Positions 32,633 through 42,803 of a stretch of DNA of 64,000 bases are shown in pieces. Numbering within the stretch: position 1 is the stretch's first letter; each line of letters starts with the position of its first letter. The position numbers and the translations under genes are program-made. The notes beneath the pieces are model-generated. The model ran no database searches. It was not told where the DNA came from and saw only the letters and a program-made list of their open reading frames with translations. The stretch spans positions 5,937 through 69,936 of the forward strand of contig JAAHHL010000032.1 of the NCBI GenBank assembly GCA_010672185.1, read 5' to 3'. The DNA is from Caldora sp. SIO3E6. Lineage in GTDB: Bacteria; Cyanobacteriota; Cyanobacteriia; Cyanobacteriales; Coleofasciculaceae.

Positions 32633-34886
32633 TTGTCCACATCAACGAACCAACCTCCTAAAGCTTCTCCCCAGTATGAAACGCTCACCGGAGTTGTGGA
32701 GCGTCTGACTTTCTATTCGGAAGAGTCAGGCTATACCGTTGCACGTCTGATGCGCCCCAAAGCCAAAGAGCTGACAACCATTGTCGGCAGCTTCGCCAAC
32801 ATCCAGCCTGGACAGACGCTGCAACTAACAGGCTTTTGGCGAGAGCATCCCCAATACGGCTCTCAGTTCCAGGTTAGCAAATACATTGAAACCAAACCCG
32901 CCACCCTCACAGGAATTGAGAAATATTTAGGCAGCGGCTTAATTAAAGGTGTTGGACCTGTGACTGCCAAGCGTATTGTAGAGCACTTTGGACTCACCAC
33001 CCTCGATATCATTGAAAACCATATTGAACGCTTGCTAGAAGTCCCAGGAATTGCCCACAAGCGGGTTGAGATGATTCAAAGTGCTTGGGAGACCCAAAAA
33101 GCCATCAAAGAGGTGATGGTGTTTTTGCAAGGGCATGGCGTCTCCACCACCTACGCAGTCAAGATTTATAAACAATATGGTGATAGTGCGATTGCCTACG
33201 GCACCAGCGAAGCTGATCGCTACTGTTCAAAATAACCCCTACCAATTAGCCGTTGATATTTATGGCATTGGTTTTCTCACCGCTGATAAGATTGCACAAA
33301 ATCTGGGTATTCCCCTTAACTCCAGGTTCCGTTACCAGGCTGGTATTTTGCACGTTCTGGGTGAAGCGGCAGAGGAAGGACATAGCTGCTTGCCACAACC
33401 GCATTTAGTGAACTTGAGTGTAAAACTGCTTTCGACAGAGGAACACCCAGCCATACCAGAGACGATGGTTGATGTTATTGAGGACATGGTACAGCAGAGG
33501 GAGTTAATCGTTGAAACTCCAGAAGAAGGAATGTTGTTGTGCTATAAACCCACCTTCTACTACACCGAGATTAACTTGGCACAACGCCTCAATCAGCACC
33601 TCAGCAAACCCGTCGCGGTTGACCTGCCCCGTGTGAGAAACTGGATTGAGCGGTTTACCGAGAGTCGGGGTATCGCTCTCTCCCACCAGCAACAGCAAGC
33701 GGTGGAAATGGCGGCTTACTCCCGAATCATGGTTCTCACAGGGGGTCCTGGCTGTGGTAAGACCTTCACCACCCATACCATTGTCTCATTGTGGAAAGCA
33801 ATGGGCAAATCCATTGCCTTGGCTGCACCCACCGGACGGGCTGCACAGCGGCTAGCTGAGATGACAGGGCTAGAAGCCAAAACCCTGCACCGGCTGTTGG
33901 AGTTTGACCCCAGAACAATGGATTTTAAGCTTGGCGTTGATAACCCTCTGCCCCATCAGGCAATTGTGGTGGATGAGGCTAGCATGTTAGATCTGTTTTT
34001 AGCCAACTCTTTGGTGAAAGCTCTACCGCTAGACGCTCAACTTCTGCTGGTAGGAGATATTGATCAACTGCCTTCAGTTGGACCTGGAAAGGTATTGCAG
34101 GATTTAATCAACTCCAAGCGAGTGCCTGTAGTGCGCCTAACCCAAGTCTTTCGCCAAGCAGCCCAAAGCGCCATTATTGCAGCAGCTCACCACATCAATC
34201 GGGGGCAGTATCCGGCAATTGAACATATTTCCGACACACCCCGCTCTGACTGCCTCTGGCATGGTGGCGGACATCAGCCGGAGCATGGGGTGCAAGTAAT
34301 TGGGGAGCTGATTGGGGAGCTGATTCCCAAATTGGGCTTTAATCCCGCCACAGATGTTCAAGTGCTTTGCCCTATGACTAGGGGTTTAGTGGGGACTCGG
34401 AACCTCAATCAAGTTTTGCAGCAGCTCATCAATCCCAGATGTCCTGAGCAGACCGAGATTCAAAGAGGTGGGATGCTTTTGAGAGTTGGCGATCGCGTGA
34501 TACAACAAACCAATGACTATCAGCGGGAAGTCTTCAACGGGGACTTAGGGATAATTACCAAGATTGATACCACTGAGCAGGAGGTAAGTGTACAGTATGA
34601 CCAACGTAATGTGAGTTATGATTATGCTGACCTCAATGAGATTACCCTAGCCTGGGCAGTAACCATCCACAAAAGCCAAGGCTCAGAGTATCCGGTGGTT
34701 ATTCTACCACTATATATGCAGCACTATCTGATGCTCTCTCGCCACCTGCTCTACACAGGACTGACTCGCGCCAAGAGATTAGCGATTGTGATCGGGGCAA
34801 AGAAGGTAATTGGCATCGTGGTGAACTCTGGTGAAAGACAGCAACGCTACACAAGGTTGCAGCAGCGGCTGGAGATGGTAGCTTAA
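32633..34886 (+). pseudogene. recD2: RecD2-like SF1B DNA helicase split into two overlapping frames (32633-33235 and 33135-34886)
   Basis: The first ORF carries the N-terminal OB/HhH region (LIKGVGPVTAKRIVEHFG). The second carries NPYQLAVDIYGIGFLTADKIA, Walker A (LTGGPGCGKTF), VVDEASM and TIHKSQGSEYP. The frame switches at ~33190-33225. Confidence 0.65.
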
Positions 34887-34974
34887 GTAATAAGTAATAA
34901 GTGATAAGTAATAAGTGATAAGTGATAAGTAATAAGTGATAAGTGATAAGTGATAAGTGATAAGTGATAAGTGA
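34884..34974. repeat. Tandem heptamer TAAGT(A/G)A, 13 copies
   Basis: Counted directly. The array begins at the recD2 stop codon. Confidence 0.95.
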
Positions 34975-35003
34975 AGAATTCATGTTTGGATTCCCAATCG
35001 AAA

Positions 35004-35043
35004 GTGCAAGTAAATTGAGACAAAAGATACAATTTACTTGCAC
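35004..35043. terminator. 13-bp perfect-stem hairpin between convergent recD2 and ruvC (bidirectional terminator candidate)
   Basis: GTGCAAGTAAATT, a 14-nt loop, then AATTTACTTGCAC. No strong U-tract. Confidence 0.4.
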
Positions 35044-35118
35044 AATGTTGGCTTAAAAATGATATTGAAGGCGTTGTCGTGTATGGCTTACACACCCATG
35101 CAGTAAACCCTAATTAAC

Positions 35119-35134
35119 TCATTACTCATTACTC
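35119..35134. repeat. Tandem heptamer TCATTAC (~2.3 copies)
   Basis: Read directly from the sequence. Same unit as 3523-3555. Confidence 0.6.
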
Positions 35135-35170
35135 CAAAACGCTTTTATTGTGGACTTATTCTCCCAAGTT

Positions 35171-35665
35171 CTAACTAATATTGTTGGTCAAACCGCACAT
35201 TCCCGCGTAAGCTATACCGATTGCATCAACGCTATCATCAATGGGAAGTTGTTTCAAATCAAAAAGGGACTGGATAACTTCAGCTACTTCAGTTTTGGTT
35301 GCTCTTCCGTTACCAAGGTGTGCCTTCCAGCTGGCTTGGTGGAGGGCTACAGGAAGCAGTCCCGCCTCTCGATAACAAACCAAATTGATAATTCCTACTG
35401 CCTGTAAAACTCCTCCTGCTGCCTTTATTTGTCTAGTAAAGAAAGGCATTTCCAAAACTACATTATCTGGTTCAAATTCCTTGAGCAATTCCACTAAATC
35501 CTGCTCTATCTCTGCCAGTCTTTGAGGAGTCGGTAGGTTTTTACTTGTTTGAATTGTTCCATAGTCAACCAGATGAGGGTGATTGTCATTGTCTTCAGCG
35601 ACAACGCCCCAACCGATGCGAGCAAGTCCAGGATCTAAACCGAGCCAGAAGTTGTCTAATTCCAT
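35171..35665 (-). CDS. ruvC: Crossover junction endodeoxyribonuclease RuvC
   Basis: 164 aa. Contains LGLDPGLARIGWGV (catalytic Asp), VLEMPFF (Glu) and DDSVDAIGIA (Asp pair). Confidence 0.9.
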   Translation of the reverse strand: MELDNFWLGLDPGLARIGWGVVAEDNDNHPHLVDYGTIQTSKNLPTPQRLAEIEQDLVELLKEFEPDNVVLEMPFFTRQIKAAGGVLQAVGIINLVCYREAGLLPVALHQASWKAHLGNGRATKTEVAEVIQSLFDLKQLPIDDSVDAIGIAYAGMCGLTNNIS

Positions 35666-35836
35666 AGCTTGCGATAATTAAGAGATGACTGTTTTATAGC
35701 ACTACAAGTTTAGGTTAGGACATTCCTACATCCACCAAACCGACTCACAGTTTACTTTTACCTGTTGCCTAGCGCGTAGCGCTATACATGATAGAATGCG
35801 CTTGCGATAAGGTTTATTTCCGCAAGCAGATATTCC

Positions 35837-36796
35837 ATGAGTTCCCCCACATTAGCCTCAAACCCTAACCCCTTAGCAGCGATCGCCAATCGTGACTTAC
35901 TGGCGCAGCTGCTCTCAGACAAGCGTTCACCCCATACTCGCCACGCCTATGCCAAGGATTTAAAGGATTTCTTTCGCACCATTGCCGATTCAGAAGCAAC
36001 CCCAGAGATGGTGACATATTTCCTGCAATTGGAGCGAGCTGATGCAGTGACGCTGGTGCTGCGCTACAAAGCGATGTTGATTGAGCGGGGGTTGAAGGAG
36101 GCAACTATTAACCGCCGCCTATCTGCGATTAAATCTTTGGTGAAGTTGGCTAGGAGTGCAGGCAAGTGCGACTACACCCTCGAAGAGGTCAAAGGGGAGA
36201 AAGTGCAAGTTTATCGGGATACCGCAGGTATTAGTCGGGAGTTGTACCGCAAAGTGCTAGCTTTGCCTGATAGGGTGGAGTTGAAGGGAAAGCGGGACTA
36301 TGCTCTGCTGCGACTGCTGTGGGATAATGCCCTGCGGCGGGGGGAAATTGCTAAGGCGAATATTGGCGATTTTGATGCGGAGACCAAGACCCTCAAAATT
36401 AGGGGGAAGGGAAAGGGGACGGTATTTGAAGTGATTGACCTGTCGTTAACTACTACAGAAGCAATTCGAGATTGGCTTTTAGCGCGGCGGGAGTTAAATA
36501 CTTCGGCACCGTTGTTTATTTCTGTTGACCCGGTGAAAAAGGGTAATCGGATTACGGGGGCAGGAATTTATTGGATTGTGCAGCAATATTGTAGGGCGGC
36601 GGGAGTTAGCAAGCAGATGTCTCCCCACCGCATTCGCCACAGCAGTATTACTGCGGCATTGGATGCTACTAATGGCAATGTGCGTAAGGTGCAGAAGCTA
36701 TCTCGCCATGCTCAGATTGATACGCTGATGGTGTATGATGACAACCGCTCCAAAGACCAATTGGAGATTTCAACTCTGCTGGCGGATATGGTTTGA
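35837..36796 (+). CDS. Tyrosine site-specific recombinase (XerC/D / phage-integrase family)
   Basis: 319 aa. Contains LRRGEI (Arg), HRIRHSSIT (His-x-x-Arg) and SRHAQIDTLMVY (His ... Tyr). Confidence 0.9.
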   Translation: MSSPTLASNPNPLAAIANRDLLAQLLSDKRSPHTRHAYAKDLKDFFRTIADSEATPEMVTYFLQLERADAVTLVLRYKAMLIERGLKEATINRRLSAIKSLVKLARSAGKCDYTLEEVKGEKVQVYRDTAGISRELYRKVLALPDRVELKGKRDYALLRLLWDNALRRGEIAKANIGDFDAETKTLKIRGKGKGTVFEVIDLSLTTTEAIRDWLLARRELNTSAPLFISVDPVKKGNRITGAGIYWIVQQYCRAAGVSKQMSPHRIRHSSITAALDATNGNVRKVQKLSRHAQIDTLMVYDDNRSKDQLEISTLLADMV

Positions 36797-36858
36797 CTTT
36801 CAATTTAGTTTAAATTCCTTAAACAGAGAAATATTATATTATAATTTAGTTACTAATT

Positions 36859-39800
36859 ATGTTTGAGAAATTTACTGAAAAAGCAATAAAAATAGTTATG
36901 CTAGCTCACGAAGAAAGTATCTACCTGGGTCATCAAGAGATTGGTACAGGAGAGCTTCTCTTGGGCTTAATCAAGGAAGAAACTAGTCAAGCCTCTAAAG
37001 TTCTTAGAGAGGCAAAAGTCAATGTAGAAAATGCTCGTAGAAATGTAAAAAAAATAGTGGGTGGGAGTTCAGATTTTATCAGCAAAGGAAAAGAAATTTC
37101 TTTCAATGCCCACATTAGGAGAGTTATTCAATTTGCTTCGGAAGAAGCTGAGCAATTAAAACACAAAGAGATTACTCCAGAACATCTCCTATTAGGTTTA
37201 CTTAGGGAAGAAAAGTCAACTGCTGTTAGAGTTTTACAGAACTTGGGAGTTGAACCAATCCAGATACGTACTCGCATTCTGCCTGATGGAGCTAGCAATA
37301 TTCAAAATTACTTTACCTTAGTTCAAGAACTGCTCGATAATCCAGACAAAAGAACTGAAATTCTCAAGGTAAAGTCTGAACTGGTAAATAGCGAGTTTAC
37401 AGTTATCCTGACAGGATTAGTAGATTTGCTTATCAAGGGTAGCAATAAACAGGTAGCTAATTCTTTGCAGGATATTTCAGCCCAACTAGATCTGAAGGAG
37501 GAAAGTTCCCAGAGTAGTTACCAGTCTCGTGAAGTAGAAGCTGATTATCAAACCAGTCCTGATTTTTTCTATCAGCTTTTGCGGCTGATTTATGAGAGCA
37601 AAGCTGACTCTCAAGTAGTATATTCTTTCCTAGAGCAGAATTTAGATAAGCTTAACAAAAGCTTAATCAAACACTTGCAAAACTGGGCAAACAAAGCTCT
37701 ACATAACGTTAAAGAAGAACAAAGGCCAGAGATAGCTAAGCGAATTACTACTTTGTGTGCCCTAATCAAAGAGTTTCCCCAGGGAGATCCACTGATTAAA
37801 CAGGAAATAGCTATGGCTGGTTATGAGATTGTGGCTACTGTTTTAACTAAAAACAAAAAAAAGGAAGTTAAGGAAGTTCAACATAACCAAGAGACTAAAT
37901 CGGAGAAAGAGGAAAAAATAGTTCAAGTTGAAGAGGAGAAAACTGAGCTCACAAACCTATCTTTAACTGAACCAAAGCAACCTGAGAAAAAATCAGGGGT
38001 AGTAACGTTTAATAATTTTGCAGAAAAAGCAATAAAAGCGCTGGCAATAGCTCAAGAAGAAGCTCTGCGTCTAAAAAGCGAATATATAGATACAATTCAT
38101 ATTTTGCTGGGTTTAATCGGTGAAGGAACAGGACTTGCAGCTCGCATCCTGAGGGCAGAAGGTGTGAAGCTGAAAGATGCCAGGAATCAGGTTCGAGAAA
38201 CTATTGGTGGCGGTTCTAATTCCGCCCAGGAAATTTCCTCTTTTACACCAAGGACTAAAGAAGCTCTTAAAGGTTCTATAGAATTAGCTTCTCAATGGAA
38301 AAGTGACCAAGTTGACACAGAGCATATGCTGATTAGTTTACTTCAAGAAAATGATGAAGTTACAGCTCTAGTACTAGGAAAATTAGGTATTCAATTACAA
38401 GAATTAACCAATAAGTTGCTGGAAATGGCGAAAAAAAAAAGTAACCCTAATTTAGGTGAACAATCGTCCAATAACCAACCACGCAAAAAAGCAATTATTG
38501 TCAATGACAAGTCAGTTGATCTACAGTACGTAGACTTTTTTGTACAAGTTCTTGATGTAGTAGCAACTAATAGAGACCAACAATTTATCAACTCGCTATT
38601 ACAATCTAATTCTGACAAACTCGATTATAAATTTATTCAAACATTACAAATTTGCTCCCAGACAACCATCTCAGATCTACTTGATAATAAACCACTGAAC
38701 TACAAAGAGGAACTCCAAACATTTGCCAGGGATATTGGTGATTTGGCAATAGCAATTGCAGATATTTCCATCGAAGATAAAGAAATTAATTTAGAAATTG
38801 CGATCGCTGCCTTGGAAATTGTTATGACTATATTCACTCGTCAGGAATTTCCAGAGCAATGGGCAATTGCTCAATACCATCTAGCCAATGTTTATTTAGA
38901 AAGAACTAGTGGAGGCATAACTAATAACCTCAAAAAAGCTGTTGATGGTTATGGAAGGGCTTTACAAGTGCAACCAGACTGGAAAGAAGCTTGGTTACAT
39001 AAAGGTAGAACACTTTTGAAATTAGAGCGTTTTCAGGAAGCAATTACTAGTTTTGACCGAGCCTTGGCAGTACAGTTAGATACCTCTGATGCGTTTCATG
39101 ATGCCTGGATTTGGTATCTCAAAGGTATTGCACTAGGACATTTAAGAAATTATGAGGAGTCAATTGTTAGTTTTGACCGAGCTTTAGAAATAAGTCCTGA
39201 CTATTCTGGTGCTTGGTTTAACCGTGGTACTTCACTGTATTGCCAAGAGCGCTACGAAGATGCCCTTTATAGTTATGATAAAGCTATCGAGTTTCAACCT
39301 GAAAATGCTTCGATTCGGTTGAGCCGAGGTTTTGCACTAAGGAAACTGGGGAATTGGGTAGAGGCTGCTGCTAGCTTTGACCAAGCTTTGAGACTTGAAC
39401 CAAATAACTATAAAGCTCTGGAATGTAGAAATGATATTTTTCAAAGGATAGTAAGTAGTAGTAGTGCAGAGGAAATCGCAGCATTAGCGAAAAGATACAG
39501 AGGACAGGGAAATCAAAGCTTAGCTGAACAGTTGCAGGAAGAAGTAGAACACCAGGAAGGATTTGCAGAATTAGAGAGATTGGCTTGGGAATTAGCAAAT
39601 GAGGGTAAAGAACTAGCTGACAGCTTAAGGAATAATGAATCTCCACCAAATCACCCAACGTCAGCGTTACTAGGAGAAAAAGAAAGAAAGCAATGGCAAT
39701 TTTTCCAAGAAGCCATACTAAATAGGCAATGGACATTCTTAGAAGAAGCTATAGCAAAAATTACATATGATTACAACGAAAAAGAATATAGAAAGTTTTT

Positions 39801-42800
39801 GCAAGACAACTCAGAATTGTTAAAGGGAGAGCTTTTCAATGTATATGTGGCTGGGTTTATTTACGAAAAAGTCGAACAAAATAATTTACATCAAGCTCTA
39901 AAGTACGCCAATAGTGTTCTTGAGTTTTGCATGATTTTTCAAGATTATCAAGAACGTTTTTGGCCTGAGATTGGTCAAACAGTTGTTTATATATACCATG
40001 AACTTATATCATCACTGGGACTTAAATTAGGAATTTTTCAGTCTGGCGAAAATAAGGCATCTAATTGGTTCTCTTCCGAAGATGTTATAGCGAATATCTC
40101 CCAGATAAAATCTTATATTACTCAGAAGTCCTATATAGATAATCGACCCTTCGGTAAACCAAAGCCGAGAAAGGGCATTTCAGGAATGTTCGGTTCATTG
40201 CAAGCAATTTTTAATCCGATTCCTGTTCCTGATGATTATGGACTGATTCTGCTAGCAATCATCTTCACTAGACTTGGTCGTGCTTACCTTGAGCAAACTG
40301 AGCTTAAGTTATGGGAAAAGAATAGTAATGAAAAACTTGCGATTAAATGTTGCGAACTTTCATTGGCAGTATGGGAACGTACTGATTTACCAACTGAGTG
40401 CATTTACACTCATTATTGTCTGGCTAAAGCTTATAGTGAATTGAAGGAAGGAAATAGAGCCGAAAATATAGATAAGGCAATTTATCACTATGAAAAAACT
40501 CTAGAGAGTGTTACTCGCTCTGACAATCCTGATCAGTGGGCAACAACTCAAAATAACTTAGGTGTTGCTTACCGCCGACGTATTCGCGGCAATAAGTCTG
40601 AAAATATTAGGAAAGCAATTAGTTATTATCAAGAAGCTTTGAAGGTGAGAAAGCAAGATGTTCATCCCGCTCAATGGGCTAATACCCAAACTAATTTAGG
40701 TTTTGCTTATTTGTGTATTCGCGAAGATAAAGTCTCCAACATAAAGAAGGCAATTGACTGTTTTCATAAGTCATTGCAAGTTCTCACTCTAAAAAGTTTT
40801 CCTGAGTATTGGATAAGAGCTCAATTCAATCTAGGTAATGCGTACTTGGAACTATCTATCTTCCAAGGAAATGGTTACAAAGAGCAGTCCATTCATCATT
40901 ATGAAAATGCTTTACAAGCTTGTCAGAATTTGAGGTTACAAAAACAAGCTGCTGACATACAGATATGTCTAGGCAAAGCTTACTCCACGTACTTTGCTAC
41001 GGATGGTAAGGCTGAGTACGGGGAGTTAGCTATCAAATACTGTAACAGTTACTTGAGTGTTGTTAATCAAAAAGATAATCCATTAGGTTTTGTAAATGCC
41101 CAAACTACTTTTGGCAATATCTACAAACAATCCCAACAATATGACAAGGCATATAGTTCCTTGGCTACAGCGATTGAGACATTAGAATCTTTGCGTGGCG
41201 ATATTGCTCAAAAGTTGGCCACAGAAGAGGACAAACAAAAATTGTCAGAGCAACAGAGTTTACCCTATCTGGGCATGGTAGAGGTCTGCGTGGAATTGGC
41301 AAAAAAAGACCCCAACTATTATATCCAGGCAATTGAATATGCAGAGCGTAGTAAAGCCCGTAACTTAGTTGAACTTCTGGCTAACAAAGACTTCTACCCA
41401 GATTCAAAACTTTTCTCCAATCCCAATGAGTATCAAGAAATCTGCGAGTTGCTGGATAAATTACGACAAGAAATTCCTGCTAAACAGCGTCAATTAGAGA
41501 TGATAGTGGGTAATAGTGAGTTGCAAGAAAAAGAAGCCGAACGTGTTGAACAACTACGCCAAGAGTTGCAGGAGTCACGAGGAAGGCAAAATGAGCTTAT
41601 AGAGTTCATTGGTAGAGTAGATACTAAATTCAAGTTTACCCAACAAGTCGAACCTATCCCCTTCGAGCAAATCAAAACCTTACTGGGGGCAAATACGGCA
41701 ATCATTGAGTGGTATGTTACACAAGAAAGGTTTTTTGCCTTTATCATCACCTCCAAAGCAGAGACTCCCATCATTTGGGAATCTTCTATTGAGGACTGGA
41801 GGACTCTAGAGGAGTTAATTGCCGACTACCAAGACAGTTACTATCGCGAGAAGGAGACTTGGCAGAAAAGGCTAAATCACTACTTGAGGAGTGTTGCTCA
41901 AATTCTGCGCTTAGAGGAAATTTTAACCAGCTATCTACCCCCAGACTGTCAGCAACTTGTACTCATTCCCCATCGTTCTTTACATTTAATCCCACTCCAT
42001 GCCTTACCACTTGCTGATGGTAGTTGTCTGTTGGATAGATTTGCTCAGGGGGTACGCTATGCACCAAGCTGTCAACTACTGCAATTGAGCCAAACTCAGC
42101 AATATCATGAGTTTGCTAATCTCTTTGCTATCCAAGAACCGGAAAATAGTCAATCAAAGCTAGCATATACTAAGGTGGAAGTTGAAGCTATTGGCTCCTT
42201 ATTCCCTGCTGCTGAAGTTTTAGTCGGAGGTGGGGCCACAAAAGAGGCGACAAGTTCTGCTCTAACGGTTAGCAATTCCTTCAATTATGTCCATTTTTCT
42301 TGTCATGGAGGTTTTAACCCAGATTTTCCCCTTGAGTCAGCCTTACTTTTAGCTGAGGATAAAAATCTGACATTAGGAGAAATTTTTGCCCTGAATCTCA
42401 ATCAATGCCGCCTAGTTACCCTTTCCGCTTGTGAAACTGGCTTAACTAATATTCGTTCCCTCAGCGACGAGTACATTAGTTTACCCAGTGGCTTTCTTTA
42501 TGCCGGAAGTCCCAGTGTCGTTAGTAGCTTGTGGACGGTAAATGACTTATCCACTGCCTTCTTGATAATTAAGCTTTACCAAAATCTGCAAAGTCAAATG
42601 TCAGTAGCAGTAGCTCTTCAACAAGCTCAACTTTGGTTACGGGATGTTACCAAACAGGAATTGGCAACATGGAAAAACCAGTTAACTATACCTCCAGGAG
42701 TCAGAATAAGCTTAAATCGTCGATTACAGAAAATTCCTGATAATGCTCAACTATTTCGATCACCTTTTCATTGGGCAGGGTTTTGTGCGATAGGGCAGTA

Positions 42801-42801
42801 A
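36859..42801 (+). CDS. Clp_N(x2 pairs)-TPR-CHAT protein (caspase-like protease), array gene A
   Basis: 1980 aa. Two Clp N-terminal repeat domains (FTEKAIKIVMLAHEES...GTGELLLGL at aa 1-145; FAEKAIKALAIAQEEA...DTIHILLGL at aa ~382-525), each followed by a helical module. These are followed by TPRs, then CHAT with a His/Cys dyad (HFSCHG; TLSACETG). Confidence 0.85.
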   Translation: MFEKFTEKAIKIVMLAHEESIYLGHQEIGTGELLLGLIKEETSQASKVLREAKVNVENARRNVKKIVGGSSDFISKGKEISFNAHIRRVIQFASEEAEQLKHKEITPEHLLLGLLREEKSTAVRVLQNLGVEPIQIRTRILPDGASNIQNYFTLVQELLDNPDKRTEILKVKSELVNSEFTVILTGLVDLLIKGSNKQVANSLQDISAQLDLKEESSQSSYQSREVEADYQTSPDFFYQLLRLIYESKADSQVVYSFLEQNLDKLNKSLIKHLQNWANKALHNVKEEQRPEIAKRITTLCALIKEFPQGDPLIKQEIAMAGYEIVATVLTKNKKKEVKEVQHNQETKSEKEEKIVQVEEEKTELTNLSLTEPKQPEKKSGVVTFNNFAEKAIKALAIAQEEALRLKSEYIDTIHILLGLIGEGTGLAARILRAEGVKLKDARNQVRETIGGGSNSAQEISSFTPRTKEALKGSIELASQWKSDQVDTEHMLISLLQENDEVTALVLGKLGIQLQELTNKLLEMAKKKSNPNLGEQSSNNQPRKKAIIVNDKSVDLQYVDFFVQVLDVVATNRDQQFINSLLQSNSDKLDYKFIQTLQICSQTTISDLLDNKPLNYKEELQTFARDIGDLAIAIADISIEDKEINLEIAIAALEIVMTIFTRQEFPEQWAIAQYHLANVYLERTSGGITNNLKKAVDGYGRALQVQPDWKEAWLHKGRTLLKLERFQEAITSFDRALAVQLDTSDAFHDAWIWYLKGIALGHLRNYEESIVSFDRALEISPDYSGAWFNRGTSLYCQERYEDALYSYDKAIEFQPENASIRLSRGFALRKLGNWVEAAASFDQALRLEPNNYKALECRNDIFQRIVSSSSAEEIAALAKRYRGQGNQSLAEQLQEEVEHQEGFAELERLAWELANEGKELADSLRNNESPPNHPTSALLGEKERKQWQFFQEAILNRQWTFLEEAIAKITYDYNEKEYRKFLQDNSELLKGELFNVYVAGFIYEKVEQNNLHQALKYANSVLEFCMIFQDYQERFWPEIGQTVVYIYHELISSLGLKLGIFQSGENKASNWFSSEDVIANISQIKSYITQKSYIDNRPFGKPKPRKGISGMFGSLQAIFNPIPVPDDYGLILLAIIFTRLGRAYLEQTELKLWEKNSNEKLAIKCCELSLAVWERTDLPTECIYTHYCLAKAYSELKEGNRAENIDKAIYHYEKTLESVTRSDNPDQWATTQNNLGVAYRRRIRGNKSENIRKAISYYQEALKVRKQDVHPAQWANTQTNLGFAYLCIREDKVSNIKKAIDCFHKSLQVLTLKSFPEYWIRAQFNLGNAYLELSIFQGNGYKEQSIHHYENALQACQNLRLQKQAADIQICLGKAYSTYFATDGKAEYGELAIKYCNSYLSVVNQKDNPLGFVNAQTTFGNIYKQSQQYDKAYSSLATAIETLESLRGDIAQKLATEEDKQKLSEQQSLPYLGMVEVCVELAKKDPNYYIQAIEYAERSKARNLVELLANKDFYPDSKLFSNPNEYQEICELLDKLRQEIPAKQRQLEMIVGNSELQEKEAERVEQLRQELQESRGRQNELIEFIGRVDTKFKFTQQVEPIPFEQIKTLLGANTAIIEWYVTQERFFAFIITSKAETPIIWESSIEDWRTLEELIADYQDSYYREKETWQKRLNHYLRSVAQILRLEEILTSYLPPDCQQLVLIPHRSLHLIPLHALPLADGSCLLDRFAQGVRYAPSCQLLQLSQTQQYHEFANLFAIQEPENSQSKLAYTKVEVEAIGSLFPAAEVLVGGGATKEATSSALTVSNSFNYVHFSCHGGFNPDFPLESALLLAEDKNLTLGEIFALNLNQCRLVTLSACETGLTNIRSLSDEYISLPSGFLYAGSPSVVSSLWTVNDLSTAFLIIKLYQNLQSQMSVAVALQQAQLWLRDVTKQELATWKNQLTIPPGVRISLNRRLQKIPDNAQLFRSPFHWAGFCAIGQ

Positions 42802-42803
42802 TT

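Noticed and set aside
34699-35095. Two minus-strand ORFs (114 and 70 aa) containing LSLITYHLSLITYH repeats
   Set aside because: They are read-through of the stop-free antisense strand of the TAAGTGA heptamer array. They overlap the recD2 3' end and have no independent support.
35837-36796. Tyrosine recombinase as an invertase driving phase variation or shuffling of the CHAT array
   Set aside because: All CHAT genes are co-oriented, and I found no inverted repeat pairs flanking segments. Adjacency alone is insufficient, so the recombinase may equally be a dimer resolvase or an integrase.
36840-36845. TATAAT hexamer 14 nt upstream of the first CHAT gene as the array promoter
   Set aside because: There is no acceptable -35 element at 16-19 bp spacing, and the region is AT-rich enough for chance matches. 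It is left as a possibility only.
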